Of a stretch of DNA of 64,000 nt, positions 50,520-59,732 are shown one piece after another. A program made the translations under genes and the position numbers. Source of the stretch: Alphaproteobacteria bacterium (GTDB taxonomy: Bacteria > Pseudomonadota > Alphaproteobacteria > GCA-2731375). The notes beneath the pieces are model-generated. The model had not been told where the DNA came from. It was given only the letters and a program-made list of their open reading frames with translations, and searched no databases. Position 1 is the first letter of the stretch. The number at the start of each line of letters is the position of its first letter. The DNA is taken from positions 10,478 to 74,477 of the forward strand of contig JAJFGG010000010.1 of assembly GCA_021776235.1 (NCBI GenBank). The letters are read 5' to 3'.

Positions 50520-51162
50520 ACGGGAGTGTGGCTGCGCCCGCAATTTGGCGGCGGTGATGCCACCAGGCCTACGGCCAGTTCATGGCCGACGGGACGCGTG
50601 ACCGCGGCTTTGTTCTAGTCGATGGCTTGCAGGGGGCGGTGACGGCGGACAGTGTTCTGGGTGGGGAAGGCTGTCGCGCCGGCCTGCCGGCGCCTATTGC
50701 CAGGCGGGTAGCGAGGTGGTGAAGCGCCAGTGCCATCTGACCCGGCCCTCTCTGGCCGGCCTGCGTGCAGGGGCGGCGAGCAACGAGCGGACCTGGATGC
50801 AAGCGCAACAGGCGACGTCTATGCCCGGACCGCTAAGTCCCTATACACAAGCTTGTTCATAGGTCGAATTGTCACCCGCCGCGAGGGCAAACCAGGAGTC
50901 TGGCCAATCGGAGTCTGGATCCATCCAGAGCACCAGGGGAACGGCTATGCCACACAAAATTGCGTTCGCCCTCGTAGACTTCGGGTTTATGCGGCTGGGC
51001 GCCAGTGCCATTCGTGCCGCACACACGACCTGGAACGATGCAAGCCGGAAGGTTCTTCAACGCATCGGCATGAAATTCATCGGCATAAATTCAAAGGGTT
51101 TCCAAAAGCGCGGCACTTGGGTCGAGGAATACGGGTATGAAATCCGCCTCACAGCGCCGTAA
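50520..51162 (+). pseudogene. degraded second copy of the GNAT acetyltransferase gene (frameshifted; recognisable from ~50800)
   Basis: FIGRIVTRREGKPGVWPIGVWIHPEHQGNGYAT and [55 protein letters not shown] are ~80% nt identical to 46082-46387. Contains a 1-nt indel. The 3' end overlaps SDR-A convergently by 14 nt. The left boundary is uncertain. Confidence 0.65.
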
Positions 51163-51946
51163 TGCCGCCGTCGACGACCAGTTCGGCGCCGGTGACGTGG
51201 CGGGCTTCGTCGGACGCCAGGAACAGGATGCAGTTGGCCACGTCCACCGCCTGGGCCGGCTCGCCCATGGGGATGCGCCGGATCGAGGCCGCCAGGGCTT
51301 TCTCAGGGTCACCGCCGCCCATGCGCATGACCAGATCGCCCATGTCGGTCCGGATGGTGCCCGGATGCACGGAATTACAGCGGATGCCCAGGCCCTTGCG
51401 GGCGCAATCGATGGCCACGGATTTGCTCATCTGCCGCACCGCGCCTTTCGAGGCGCCGTAGGCCACCGCGCCGGGCGTGCCCACCAACCCGGCGATGGAG
51501 GACAAATTGACGATGGAACCGCCGCCCGCGCCGCCCTTCTCACGGCCGCCATCCGCGGTCATGGCCGCCACGCCATACTTGCAGCCCAGGAAGACACCTT
51601 CCACATTTACCGCCTGCACCGCGCGCCATTGTTCCAGGTCCGTCTGGTCCAGGAACTGATAGGGCGTGGTGGCAAGGATGCCTGCGTTGTTAATCAAAAT
51701 ATCCGGGCGGCCGTGGTGCGCGGCCACAGCCTGCATAATACGCTGCCAATCCGCTTCCTGGCGCACGTCCTGCTGCAAAAAGGCCGCCTTGCCGCTCAGT
51801 TCGTCAGCCACGGCCTGGCCCGCCTCGGTGTTCACGTCGGTGATGGTGACCATGGCGCCTTCTTCCGCCAGCAGGCGGGCCGTGGCCCGGCCTATGCCGG
51901 TGCCCCCGCCCGTTACAATGGCGACCTTGCCTTCGACCCGGCCCAT
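51149..51946 (-). CDS. SDR-family oxidoreductase (paralog A)
   Basis: TGGGTGIGRA cofactor motif. Catalytic YGASK. Start taken at MGRVEGK. The ORF track extends to 51961. Confidence 0.85.
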   Translation of the reverse strand: MGRVEGKVAIVTGGGTGIGRATARLLAEEGAMVTITDVNTEAGQAVADELSGKAAFLQQDVRQEADWQRIMQAVAAHHGRPDILINNAGILATTPYQFLDQTDLEQWRAVQAVNVEGVFLGCKYGVAAMTADGGREKGGAGGGSIVNLSSIAGLVGTPGAVAYGASKGAVRQMSKSVAIDCARKGLGIRCNSVHPGTIRTDMGDLVMRMGGGDPEKALAASIRRIPMGEPAQAVDVANCILFLASDEARHVTGAELVVDGGITAL

Positions 51947-51965
51947 CTGCAAACCTCCCAAAGGC

Positions 51966-52775
51966 CTAAATAGCTGTCATGCCGCCATCGACAACCAACT
52001 CGGCGCCGGTCACATGGCGAGCCTCGTCAGAGGCCAGGAACAAAATGCAATTCGCCACATCCACCGCCTGACCCGGTTCGCCCATGGGTATGACCTTGAT
52101 CCGGGCCGCCCATTTGGCGTCCGCATCGCCAGCGCCCAGGTTCATGACCTGATTACCCATATTTGTGACGATGACGCCCGGGTGCACGGAATTACAACGG
52201 ATGCCCAGGCCTTTGCGGGCGCAATCGATGGCCACGGACTTGGTCATCTGACGCACCGCGCCTTTCGAGGCGCCATAGGCCACCAGATGCGGCGTACTGA
52301 TCAGACCGGCGACGGACGACATATTGACGATGGCGCCGCCGCCGTCACCACCCCGAGGGCGTTTTTGGGCCCGGCCACTGTCGGCTGTCATGGCCGCCAC
52401 TCCATATTTGCAGCCCAGGAAGACACCTTCCACATTGACCGTCTGCACGGCCCGCCATTGCTCCATATCCGTATCGGCCAATTCCTGGCTGTTGCCAGTA
52501 GCCAGAATACCCGCGTTGTTGATCAGAATATCCGGGCGGCCGTGGCGTTCCGCGACCGCCGTCATCAGGTTTTGCCAGCTCGCCTCTTCCCGCACGTCAT
52601 GTCGTACAAAGGCCGCATCGCCGCCCAATTCAGCAACCACGGCCTGGCCGCTTTCGGCATCAAATTCCGCGATGGTGACAATAGCGCCTTCTTCCGCCAG
52701 GCGGGTGGCGGCAGCCCGGCCAATGCCCGTACCACCGCCCGTAACGATCGCAATTTTTCCCTCTACGCGGCCCAT
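51966..52775 (-). CDS. SDR-family oxidoreductase (paralog B, ~75% aa identity to A)
   Basis: TGGGTGIGRAAA and YGASK motifs. A 4-nt gap separates it from paralog A. Confidence 0.85.
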   Translation of the reverse strand: MGRVEGKIAIVTGGGTGIGRAAATRLAEEGAIVTIAEFDAESGQAVVAELGGDAAFVRHDVREEASWQNLMTAVAERHGRPDILINNAGILATGNSQELADTDMEQWRAVQTVNVEGVFLGCKYGVAAMTADSGRAQKRPRGGDGGGAIVNMSSVAGLISTPHLVAYGASKGAVRQMTKSVAIDCARKGLGIRCNSVHPGVIVTNMGNQVMNLGAGDADAKWAARIKVIPMGEPGQAVDVANCILFLASDEARHVTGAELVVDGGMTAI

Positions 52776-52805
52776 GATGGTGCCTCCCTTTGCTTGCCTT
52801 TACCT

Positions 52806-53273
52806 CTATAAATCAAAAGCCCAATAGCGCCCGGTCGCGCCCAACAGCATCGTGATCAACCCCAGCACCAGGTTCATCCCGACAATTTTGCGAATTTTGG
52901 CCTGTTGGGCGCCGGCGGCGGCAAAGTCCTCTACATCCAGATGTTCCTTGAGCCGGCGATAGGGGCCAAAATAGAGATGCAGAAACAGCCCTATCATTAT
53001 CCAGCCCAAGGCTTGCATCAAATGCACATGCAGGCCCAGGCCGGCGAAGCCGCCAAGATAAATAAAGACCATCATATAGCCGCTGATCAGAAGCGCCGCG
53101 ATGGCCATCCAGACCCGCGAGAAAAAACGCCGAAAAACGCCACGCCACAGCACCAGACGCTGGGGCGGCGGCAAATGCAATTCAGCCGCCGGCCTCAGAC
53201 ACTGGTGGGCGAAATACATCCCCCCGACCCAAAATACAGCCGCCAGAAAATGTACGGCATTCCATAGTCCCAT
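52806..53273 (-). CDS. small polytopic membrane protein (CopD/HemJ-like fold, uncertain)
   Basis: Start MGLWNAVHFLAAVFWVGGMYF has an AGGGG RBS. Four hydrophobic helices. Heads the SDR-B/SDR-A operon. Confidence 0.45.
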   Translation of the reverse strand: MGLWNAVHFLAAVFWVGGMYFAHQCLRPAAELHLPPPQRLVLWRGVFRRFFSRVWMAIAALLISGYMMVFIYLGGFAGLGLHVHLMQALGWIMIGLFLHLYFGPYRRLKEHLDVEDFAAAGAQQAKIRKIVGMNLVLGLITMLLGATGRYWAFDL

Positions 53274-53417
53274 GTTTACGCCCCTAGTGTCCTGAGTCTG
53301 CAGTACGATCCTAGACCATAGCGGCGGCAAATTCACACGATTTGCCCGCGCACCACCGGAACGGATCGGTTATGCTGCGGACCAAATTCAATTCGGTCCC
53401 CGAAAGGAAAAGAAATC

Positions 53418-54194
53418 GTGGCCATGAACCTGTTTGATTTGACCGGCAAAGTTGCCGTTGTTACCGGATCCACCAAAGGTATTGGCAGAGCCATGGCCGA
53501 AGCGATGGCCGAGCACGGCGCCAGAGTAGTGATTACCTCGCGCAAGGCGGATCTGTGTGACGAGGTCGCTGCCGGGATCAATGCTTCGGGCGGCGAAGCT
53601 ATCGCAGTGCCGTGCAATGTCTCGCACAAGGATCAGATGGAAAACCTGTTGGAAACGACGCGCAGGACCTGGGGGCAGATCGATATTCTGATCCTGAACG
53701 CCGCCGTCAATCCGTACTACGGCTCGGCCCTGGACATTCCGGATTCCGCTTTCGACAAGACGATGGACGTCAACATCAAATGCAACCTGGCCTTTTGCCG
53801 TGAAGTAATACCCGAGATGCAGGCCCGCAAGGACGGCGCCATCATGATCGTATCCTCCATCGGCGGCCTGCGCGGCAGCACCGTTCTGGGCGCCTATTGC
53901 ATATCGAAGGCGGCTGATATGCAGATCGTGCGCAATCTCGCCGCCGAATTCGGCAAGGACAACATCCGCGTCAACTGTATCGCGCCAGGCCTGGTCAAGA
54001 CCAACTTTGCCCGCGCCCTGTACGAAGATCCGGAAATCGCCGCCGCCCGCTCCAACGCCACGCCCATGCGGCGTTTGGGCGAACCCGAAGACCTTGCCGG
54101 GATCGCAGTTTATCTGGCATCGAAGGCCGGCTCATGGACCACCGGTCAGGTTTTCTGTATCGATGGCGGCGTAACCACTACCGGTGAAGGCTGA
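53418..54194 (+). CDS. SDR-family oxidoreductase (paralog C)
   Basis: VTGSTKGIGRAMA cofactor motif. YCISKAA catalytic Tyr/Lys motif. Confidence 0.85.
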   Translation: MAMNLFDLTGKVAVVTGSTKGIGRAMAEAMAEHGARVVITSRKADLCDEVAAGINASGGEAIAVPCNVSHKDQMENLLETTRRTWGQIDILILNAAVNPYYGSALDIPDSAFDKTMDVNIKCNLAFCREVIPEMQARKDGAIMIVSSIGGLRGSTVLGAYCISKAADMQIVRNLAAEFGKDNIRVNCIAPGLVKTNFARALYEDPEIAAARSNATPMRRLGEPEDLAGIAVYLASKAGSWTTGQVFCIDGGVTTTGEG

Positions 54195-54224
54195 CGCGAC
54201 TGGCAAAGATTGGGAACTTGAGGC

Positions 54225-57017
54225 ATGGCGAAGGGGGATGCATTCACCAAGCGGCGCGAGGTCATCGACCGCGCGGCCTTGAGCCATGCCTTGAGCGAAC
54301 TGGCGGAGGCGCATGCACCGGATTCCCCCGCCCTGCGCGGCGAGGTTTTGCAGCAGTTGAAGGAGGCGCTGGCCGCCGGTCGGGCGGAGGTCCACCGCCG
54401 ATTTGAAGCCGGAGCCAGCGGCAATCTGGTGCTGGTGGCCAACTGCTATCTGTTGGATCAGCTGATCCGAAGCCTTTATGACTTCACCACTGACGTTGTC
54501 TTTCGCGCCACCAATCCCACCGCCTCGGAACGTCTCGGCCTGGTTGCCATTGGCGGCTATGGCCGCGGTGAATTGGCGCCGCAGTCGGATATCGATCTAC
54601 TGTTTCTACTGCCCTACAAGCAAACCCCTTGGGGAGAGCAGGTGGTCGAGTTCATCCTCTACTTGCTGTGGGATTTGGGCCTGAAAGTGGGCCATGCCAC
54701 CCGTACGGTGGATGAATGCATACGGCTATCCCGTAGCGATATAACCATTCGCACCACGCTGCTGGAGGGGCGCTATCTGTGGGGTGACGAGGCGCTGTTC
54801 CAGGAATTGAAAACCCGCTTCGACAAAGAGATCGTGGCCGACAGCGGCCCGGATTTCATCGAAGGCAAATTGGCGGAGCGGAATGAACGCCACCAGCGCG
54901 TCGGCGACAGCCGCTATCTGTTGGAACCGAACGTCAAGGACGGCAAGGGCGGCCTGCGTGATCTGCACACCCTGTTCTGGATCGCCAAATATCTTTACCG
55001 TGTCGATGATGTAGCGCAATTAATCGAAAAAGGCGTCTTCACCAAGCAAGAGTACCGCCTGTTCACCAAGGCCGAAACCTTTCTGCGCACAGTACGCTGC
55101 CAATTGCATTATCTGGCGAAACGGCCCGAAGAACGTCTGACTTTCGATGTCCAGCCGGAACTGGCCGCCCACCTGGGTTATACCGACCATGCGGGCGCCA
55201 CGGGCGTGGAACGCTTCATGAAACATTACTTCCTGGTCGCCAAGGATGTCGGCGATCTGACCCGGATATTTTGCGCCGCCCTGGAAGATCAGCACAGGCG
55301 GCAGCCCCGATTTCGCCTGCCCCGGTTCGGCTTGCACAAGCGCGAGGTTGATGGCTTCCAGGTCGAGGGCGGCCGGATAAGCCTGCTGCACGAGGATGAC
55401 TTCCGCCGCGATCCGGTGAAGTTGATCCGTCTGTTTCATGTCGCGCATGAAAAAGATCTGGATATCCACCCCCAGGCACTGCGCCTGATCACCCGAAATT
55501 TACGCCTGATCAATGACAAACTGCGCCATAACGACGAGGCGAACCGCCTGTGCCTGGAAATTTTTTCATCCAAAAAGAACCCGGAAACCACGCTGCGGCG
55601 GATGAATGAAGCCGGCGTATTCGGGCGTTTCATCCCTGATTTCGGCCGGGTCGTGGCGCAGATGCAGCACGATATGTATCACGTCTATACAGTGGACGAG
55701 CATACCATCCGGGCCATGGGCATCCTGGCCCGAATAGAAGACGGCAGCCTGAGCGCGGATCATCCGTTGTCGAGCGAAGTGATCGGCAAAATCAAAATGC
55801 GCCGGGTGTTGTACGTAGCGCTGCTGTTGCACGATATCGCCAAGGGCCGGGGCGGCGATCATTCCGTGTTAGGGGCGGAGGTGGCCGAACAACTGTGCCC
55901 GCGCCTGGGCATGGACCCGGCAGAAACTGAAACGGTGGCCTGGCTGGTGCGCCGGCATCTCGCCATGGCCCATACCGCTTTCAAACGCGATCTGGATGAC
56001 CCTAAAAGCATCAGCGACTTTGTCGAAGTGGTACAGAGCCCGGAACGGCTGAAGCTGCTGGTCGTGCTGACGGTTTGCGACATCCGCGCCGTCGGGCCGG
56101 GCATATGGAACGGCTGGAAGGGGCAATTACTGCGCGATCTCTATAGCCGGGCCGAGGAGTACATGCTGGGCGGCCAGCCTTTGGCAAACCGGGAGGAGCG
56201 CGCGGCGGCGGTAAAGGACGCGTTGCGCGAAAAATTGCAGGATTGGCCGGCGGCAGAGCTGGAACGGCAATTGGATCGCGGCGCCGCCGCATTCTGGTTG
56301 TCGGCTGATCTGTCCGACCATGAATATTGGGCCCGTTTAATGCGCACGGCGGATGAAGCCGGGCAAGCAATTACGGTTGACACCCGGGTGCACCCATTCG
56401 AATCCATCACCGAACTCACCGTCTATACTGCTGATCACCCGGGTCTATTCTCCGGACTGGCGGGGGCCATTACGCTCGCCGGCGCAAGCATCGCCGGCGC
56501 GCGAATTTTTACGACCATGGACGGTATGGCACTGGATGTTTTCACGATCCAGGACATGGCCGGCCAGCCCATCTCGCGGCCGGAAAGCATCGCGCGGCTG
56601 CGCAACACCATTGACAAAATTCTCAGCGGCAAGTTGCTGCTGTCGGTGGCGCTGAGCGAACGGCGCAGCCATCTGCCGGGCCGGGCCAGCGTCTTCACCG
56701 TGCAGCCCAATGTGATTATCGACAATGATGCTTCCCGCACCCACACGGTGATAGAAGTCAGCGGCCGCGACCGCCCGGCCCTGTTGCATGATTTGACCAA
56801 GGCATTTTACGGGCTGTCCCTGACCATCGCCAATGCCCGCATCGCGACCTATGGCGAACGGGCCGTCGACGTTTTTTATGTCAAGGATCTGTTCGGCCTG
56901 AAAATCACCTCGGCCATCCGGCTTGATACCATTCGTCAGCGCCTATTGGCCGCTCTGGCGGAGCCGGACGAGGCGGCCGCCGCCCCGGATGCCAAGAGCA
57001 ACGTCGCCACCGCGTGA
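54225..57017 (+). CDS. glnD: bifunctional [protein-PII] uridylyltransferase / uridylyl-removing enzyme
   Basis: 930 aa. Nucleotidyltransferase region GGYGRGELAPQSDIDLLFL. HD domain LLHDIAKGRGGDH. Two C-terminal ACT-like domains. Confidence 0.9.
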   Translation: MAKGDAFTKRREVIDRAALSHALSELAEAHAPDSPALRGEVLQQLKEALAAGRAEVHRRFEAGASGNLVLVANCYLLDQLIRSLYDFTTDVVFRATNPTASERLGLVAIGGYGRGELAPQSDIDLLFLLPYKQTPWGEQVVEFILYLLWDLGLKVGHATRTVDECIRLSRSDITIRTTLLEGRYLWGDEALFQELKTRFDKEIVADSGPDFIEGKLAERNERHQRVGDSRYLLEPNVKDGKGGLRDLHTLFWIAKYLYRVDDVAQLIEKGVFTKQEYRLFTKAETFLRTVRCQLHYLAKRPEERLTFDVQPELAAHLGYTDHAGATGVERFMKHYFLVAKDVGDLTRIFCAALEDQHRRQPRFRLPRFGLHKREVDGFQVEGGRISLLHEDDFRRDPVKLIRLFHVAHEKDLDIHPQALRLITRNLRLINDKLRHNDEANRLCLEIFSSKKNPETTLRRMNEAGVFGRFIPDFGRVVAQMQHDMYHVYTVDEHTIRAMGILARIEDGSLSADHPLSSEVIGKIKMRRVLYVALLLHDIAKGRGGDHSVLGAEVAEQLCPRLGMDPAETETVAWLVRRHLAMAHTAFKRDLDDPKSISDFVEVVQSPERLKLLVVLTVCDIRAVGPGIWNGWKGQLLRDLYSRAEEYMLGGQPLANREERAAAVKDALREKLQDWPAAELERQLDRGAAAFWLSADLSDHEYWARLMRTADEAGQAITVDTRVHPFESITELTVYTADHPGLFSGLAGAITLAGASIAGARIFTTMDGMALDVFTIQDMAGQPISRPESIARLRNTIDKILSGKLLLSVALSERRSHLPGRASVFTVQPNVIIDNDASRTHTVIEVSGRDRPALLHDLTKAFYGLSLTIANARIATYGERAVDVFYVKDLFGLKITSAIRLDTIRQRLLAALAEPDEAAAAPDAKSNVATA

Positions 57018-57403
57018 CTTTGCCGAAATAACTTGGTCCGCGCGATCCTGCATTGAGGCACGTCGCGGTTATTCTGAACCATTTGACCAGTTTTCCAGGC
57101 CCCGTTTGCAGGCGCCGTTCGCGGGCCGATATGGGCATCGGCCAACGCAGAAATGACAATTATACAATATGGCGCTTGAAGCTGGATGATAAACGGACAC
57201 CGACTTAACAGTGCCAGCCTTCCGATTGGTGCCATAAGCTGCCGTCAACCCGGTGCAGGTCAATTTTAATGTACGGACAAGTAAAGACGTTGAATTTTGA
57301 ACCCCAACAGAGAGATTTAGCCAGGTATTGCAATGGCCGGTTGTATTTGCAGTTCAAATGCAGACATAGTGATCTAATCGGCGGAATTCATTGCGCCAGC
57401 TTC

Positions 57404-59188
57404 TTAGGACTCATCTCCATTCTTCAGGCCTAAACGATAAAGCGATTCTATCGCCCGTACAGCGCGTACCTGAGAGGGTGTCCAACGCTGTATCCAGTGC
57501 TTGGGCGAAATCTCGTTTGGCTTAAAATCCATTCTGGAAATAACATTTCTGGCATCGGTGTCACGACCGAGTGCAGCATAGGTTGCAGCACGATACGCCT
57601 CCATGTTTGGCGCGTCAGGGCCGCCGATTAAGATATTACGTTCAAATGCAATGATCGCATCGTCATACCGCTGAATATTGTAATAGGCCATGCCAAGGAT
57701 ATTCAAATAAGGTGTCCCGGGCTCCAGAGGGTCCAGGCGAATGGCTTCCAACAAGGGCGAAATCGCTTCTTTCGATTTACCGGCAAACATCAACACACCG
57801 CCGAGCCATTGATGGGCGAGTGGATCGCCAGGATTAAGCGCTACTGCTCGACGAACTTGTTTTACGGCTAGGTCTGTTTTGCCGGACAATGCGTAAGCTA
57901 GGCCCAGCATCGCGTGGCCACTAGCGAAACCGTCATCGAGCTTTATCGCCCTTTCCGCTAACTCGATCGCCTTCTTTAAGTCGGATTCCAGTTGCGCCGA
58001 GTGTCTGAAAAGAACCATGTATGAGTGAACCTGGGACAAACCGGCATATCCGCCCGGGAAATCTGGCTCCAAGGCAATGACACGCTTATGGAGCGATCGT
58101 GAGGATTCCACACGGGCGCGTTCGTTTGGTGGATTTATTCCTACTGTCGCGCGACGCAACAAATCAATTGCTTGGTAGTTGCTCGTATTTCGAAGATAGA
58201 TTCGTTGGCTAACATCATCGTCGATAGTGACCGAAAGGGCACCAGCTATGCGTTCCGACAATCTGTCCTCCAATTCAAACAGATCGTTCGTTTGTCCCTC
58301 GAAGCGTTCGGCAAAAAGAGCTTCGGTGGTCTCGGTATCGATCAACTGGACACTGATCCGAACCCGGTCGGACTGGACTCCCAAAGATCCTCTGACCACG
58401 TGCGTGACGCCGTGGTTTATCCTTAGTACTTCCAAAGGGATGGCGTTTTTTGCGGCTGTTATTGAAGATCGGATCGCCATTACCGATAGACCTGATAACT
58501 TCGAGAGATTGGTTGTTACAGCGTCAAGATAACCTGTGGATATCCTGTCGGAAATCGCGCTACCCTCCAGCCCGGTTAGAGGTAAAACAACGATAAAAGG
58601 CTTGCTCCGAGAAATTGCGCCGGACTGCTCGAGTTTTTGATTGGCAGGCATTTTATCAGCGTACTGCGAAGTAAAAACTCCAGCCCCAAGGATCATATAA
58701 CCGACAGCCACAAGAAATCCCGCTGCGACAGCGATGGACACAACAATGCGTAAACTCAGATTAGGATTTCCTCTGGCCCCAGGAAGAAATTTAACAAAAG
58801 CGTTCGCCTGAGGGCCATCGGGTGGATGTTCTGACTTTAAAAACCGGGGAACATAGGAGCCGGAGATCATTTCTATGTGTACTGGGTCGTCCCTTCCGGA
58901 TGTCAAATAATAATGGCTGAGTTTCCGACGAAGCCTCGCAGCGGTTACCCGAACAATCGAGTCGACACTCGCCCCCTCTTCCGCACCGCGTTTAAATACG
59001 TCTAAGGCAATTGTTGTCGCTTTAATACCATCCGATCTCCCTTCGAGCGCTTCTTCAACGATGTATTGTAAGAAGCCGGATAATCTGGCCGTACCTTGAA
59101 ACTCGTCACTTCTCAATACGCGCTCAAGGGCATTTCTAACCTCTGTCACGGTTACATTTGATTGCGTATCGTTTTCAGATTCAAGCAT
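57404..59188 (-). CDS. membrane-anchored transcriptional regulator: N-terminal winged-helix (OmpR/CadC-type) DNA-binding domain, one TM helix, C-terminal TPR repeats
   Basis: N-terminal VRNALERVLRSDEFQGTARLSGFLQYIVEEALEGRSDGIKATTIALDVF (trans_reg_C-like). Hydrophobic segment VVSIAVAAGFLVAVGYMILGAG. TPR-like A..Y...G repeats in the C-terminal half. Confidence 0.6.
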   Translation of the reverse strand: MLESENDTQSNVTVTEVRNALERVLRSDEFQGTARLSGFLQYIVEEALEGRSDGIKATTIALDVFKRGAEEGASVDSIVRVTAARLRRKLSHYYLTSGRDDPVHIEMISGSYVPRFLKSEHPPDGPQANAFVKFLPGARGNPNLSLRIVVSIAVAAGFLVAVGYMILGAGVFTSQYADKMPANQKLEQSGAISRSKPFIVVLPLTGLEGSAISDRISTGYLDAVTTNLSKLSGLSVMAIRSSITAAKNAIPLEVLRINHGVTHVVRGSLGVQSDRVRISVQLIDTETTEALFAERFEGQTNDLFELEDRLSERIAGALSVTIDDDVSQRIYLRNTSNYQAIDLLRRATVGINPPNERARVESSRSLHKRVIALEPDFPGGYAGLSQVHSYMVLFRHSAQLESDLKKAIELAERAIKLDDGFASGHAMLGLAYALSGKTDLAVKQVRRAVALNPGDPLAHQWLGGVLMFAGKSKEAISPLLEAIRLDPLEPGTPYLNILGMAYYNIQRYDDAIIAFERNILIGGPDAPNMEAYRAATYAALGRDTDARNVISRMDFKPNEISPKHWIQRWTPSQVRAVRAIESLYRLGLKNGDES

Positions 59189-59404
59189 TATTTTGGCATG
59201 ATAACTAGTATTATTCTCTGCGGCAAGCTCGAAGAATAGCGGAAAAATGCCAGCAAATTAAACTCATTTCCACCCTTCATCAGCTACCTTGTCACCGTTA
59301 CATGGCCCGCGCTGAAACCGTGTGACCAGTAGTTTCGTCGGTCGAATCTTGTTTTGTTATGGTGAATTATCAAACAATGATGTGAAGAGGCGTTTCAGCG
59401 ATCG

Positions 59405-59635
59405 ATGTCCAAGATTGAAAATCCAGCATTACAGAGGTTTCCTCAGCAGGAGGCTCAAATCAAAGAATTGATGAAGCGCGAAAAGGATTTCGCCTGCATC
59501 TGCCGCGATTATGCCGAGATTGTCTATCAAATCAGTGAGACTGAACGCTCGACTGGGCAGAGTGTTGGTGCTTTGGCCGATCTCATCGAACTACGCTCGG
59601 ATCTTGAACGCGATATTCTAGACCGACTTGCCTAA
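59405..59635 (+). CDS. hypothetical small protein (76 aa)
   Basis: An ORF only, in the intergenic space between the regulator and the sulfatase. Charged, helical-looking sequence. Confidence 0.3.
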   Translation: MSKIENPALQRFPQQEAQIKELMKREKDFACICRDYAEIVYQISETERSTGQSVGALADLIELRSDLERDILDRLA

Positions 59636-59732
59636 TGCAGTCCCGTATCGACGGCTCTCAAGCAGGTCGACGATAAAAACAGGAGAGAACGATGCGTAAA
59701 CGTGTTTTCAGAACGGAAGAAGGAGCAATAAC

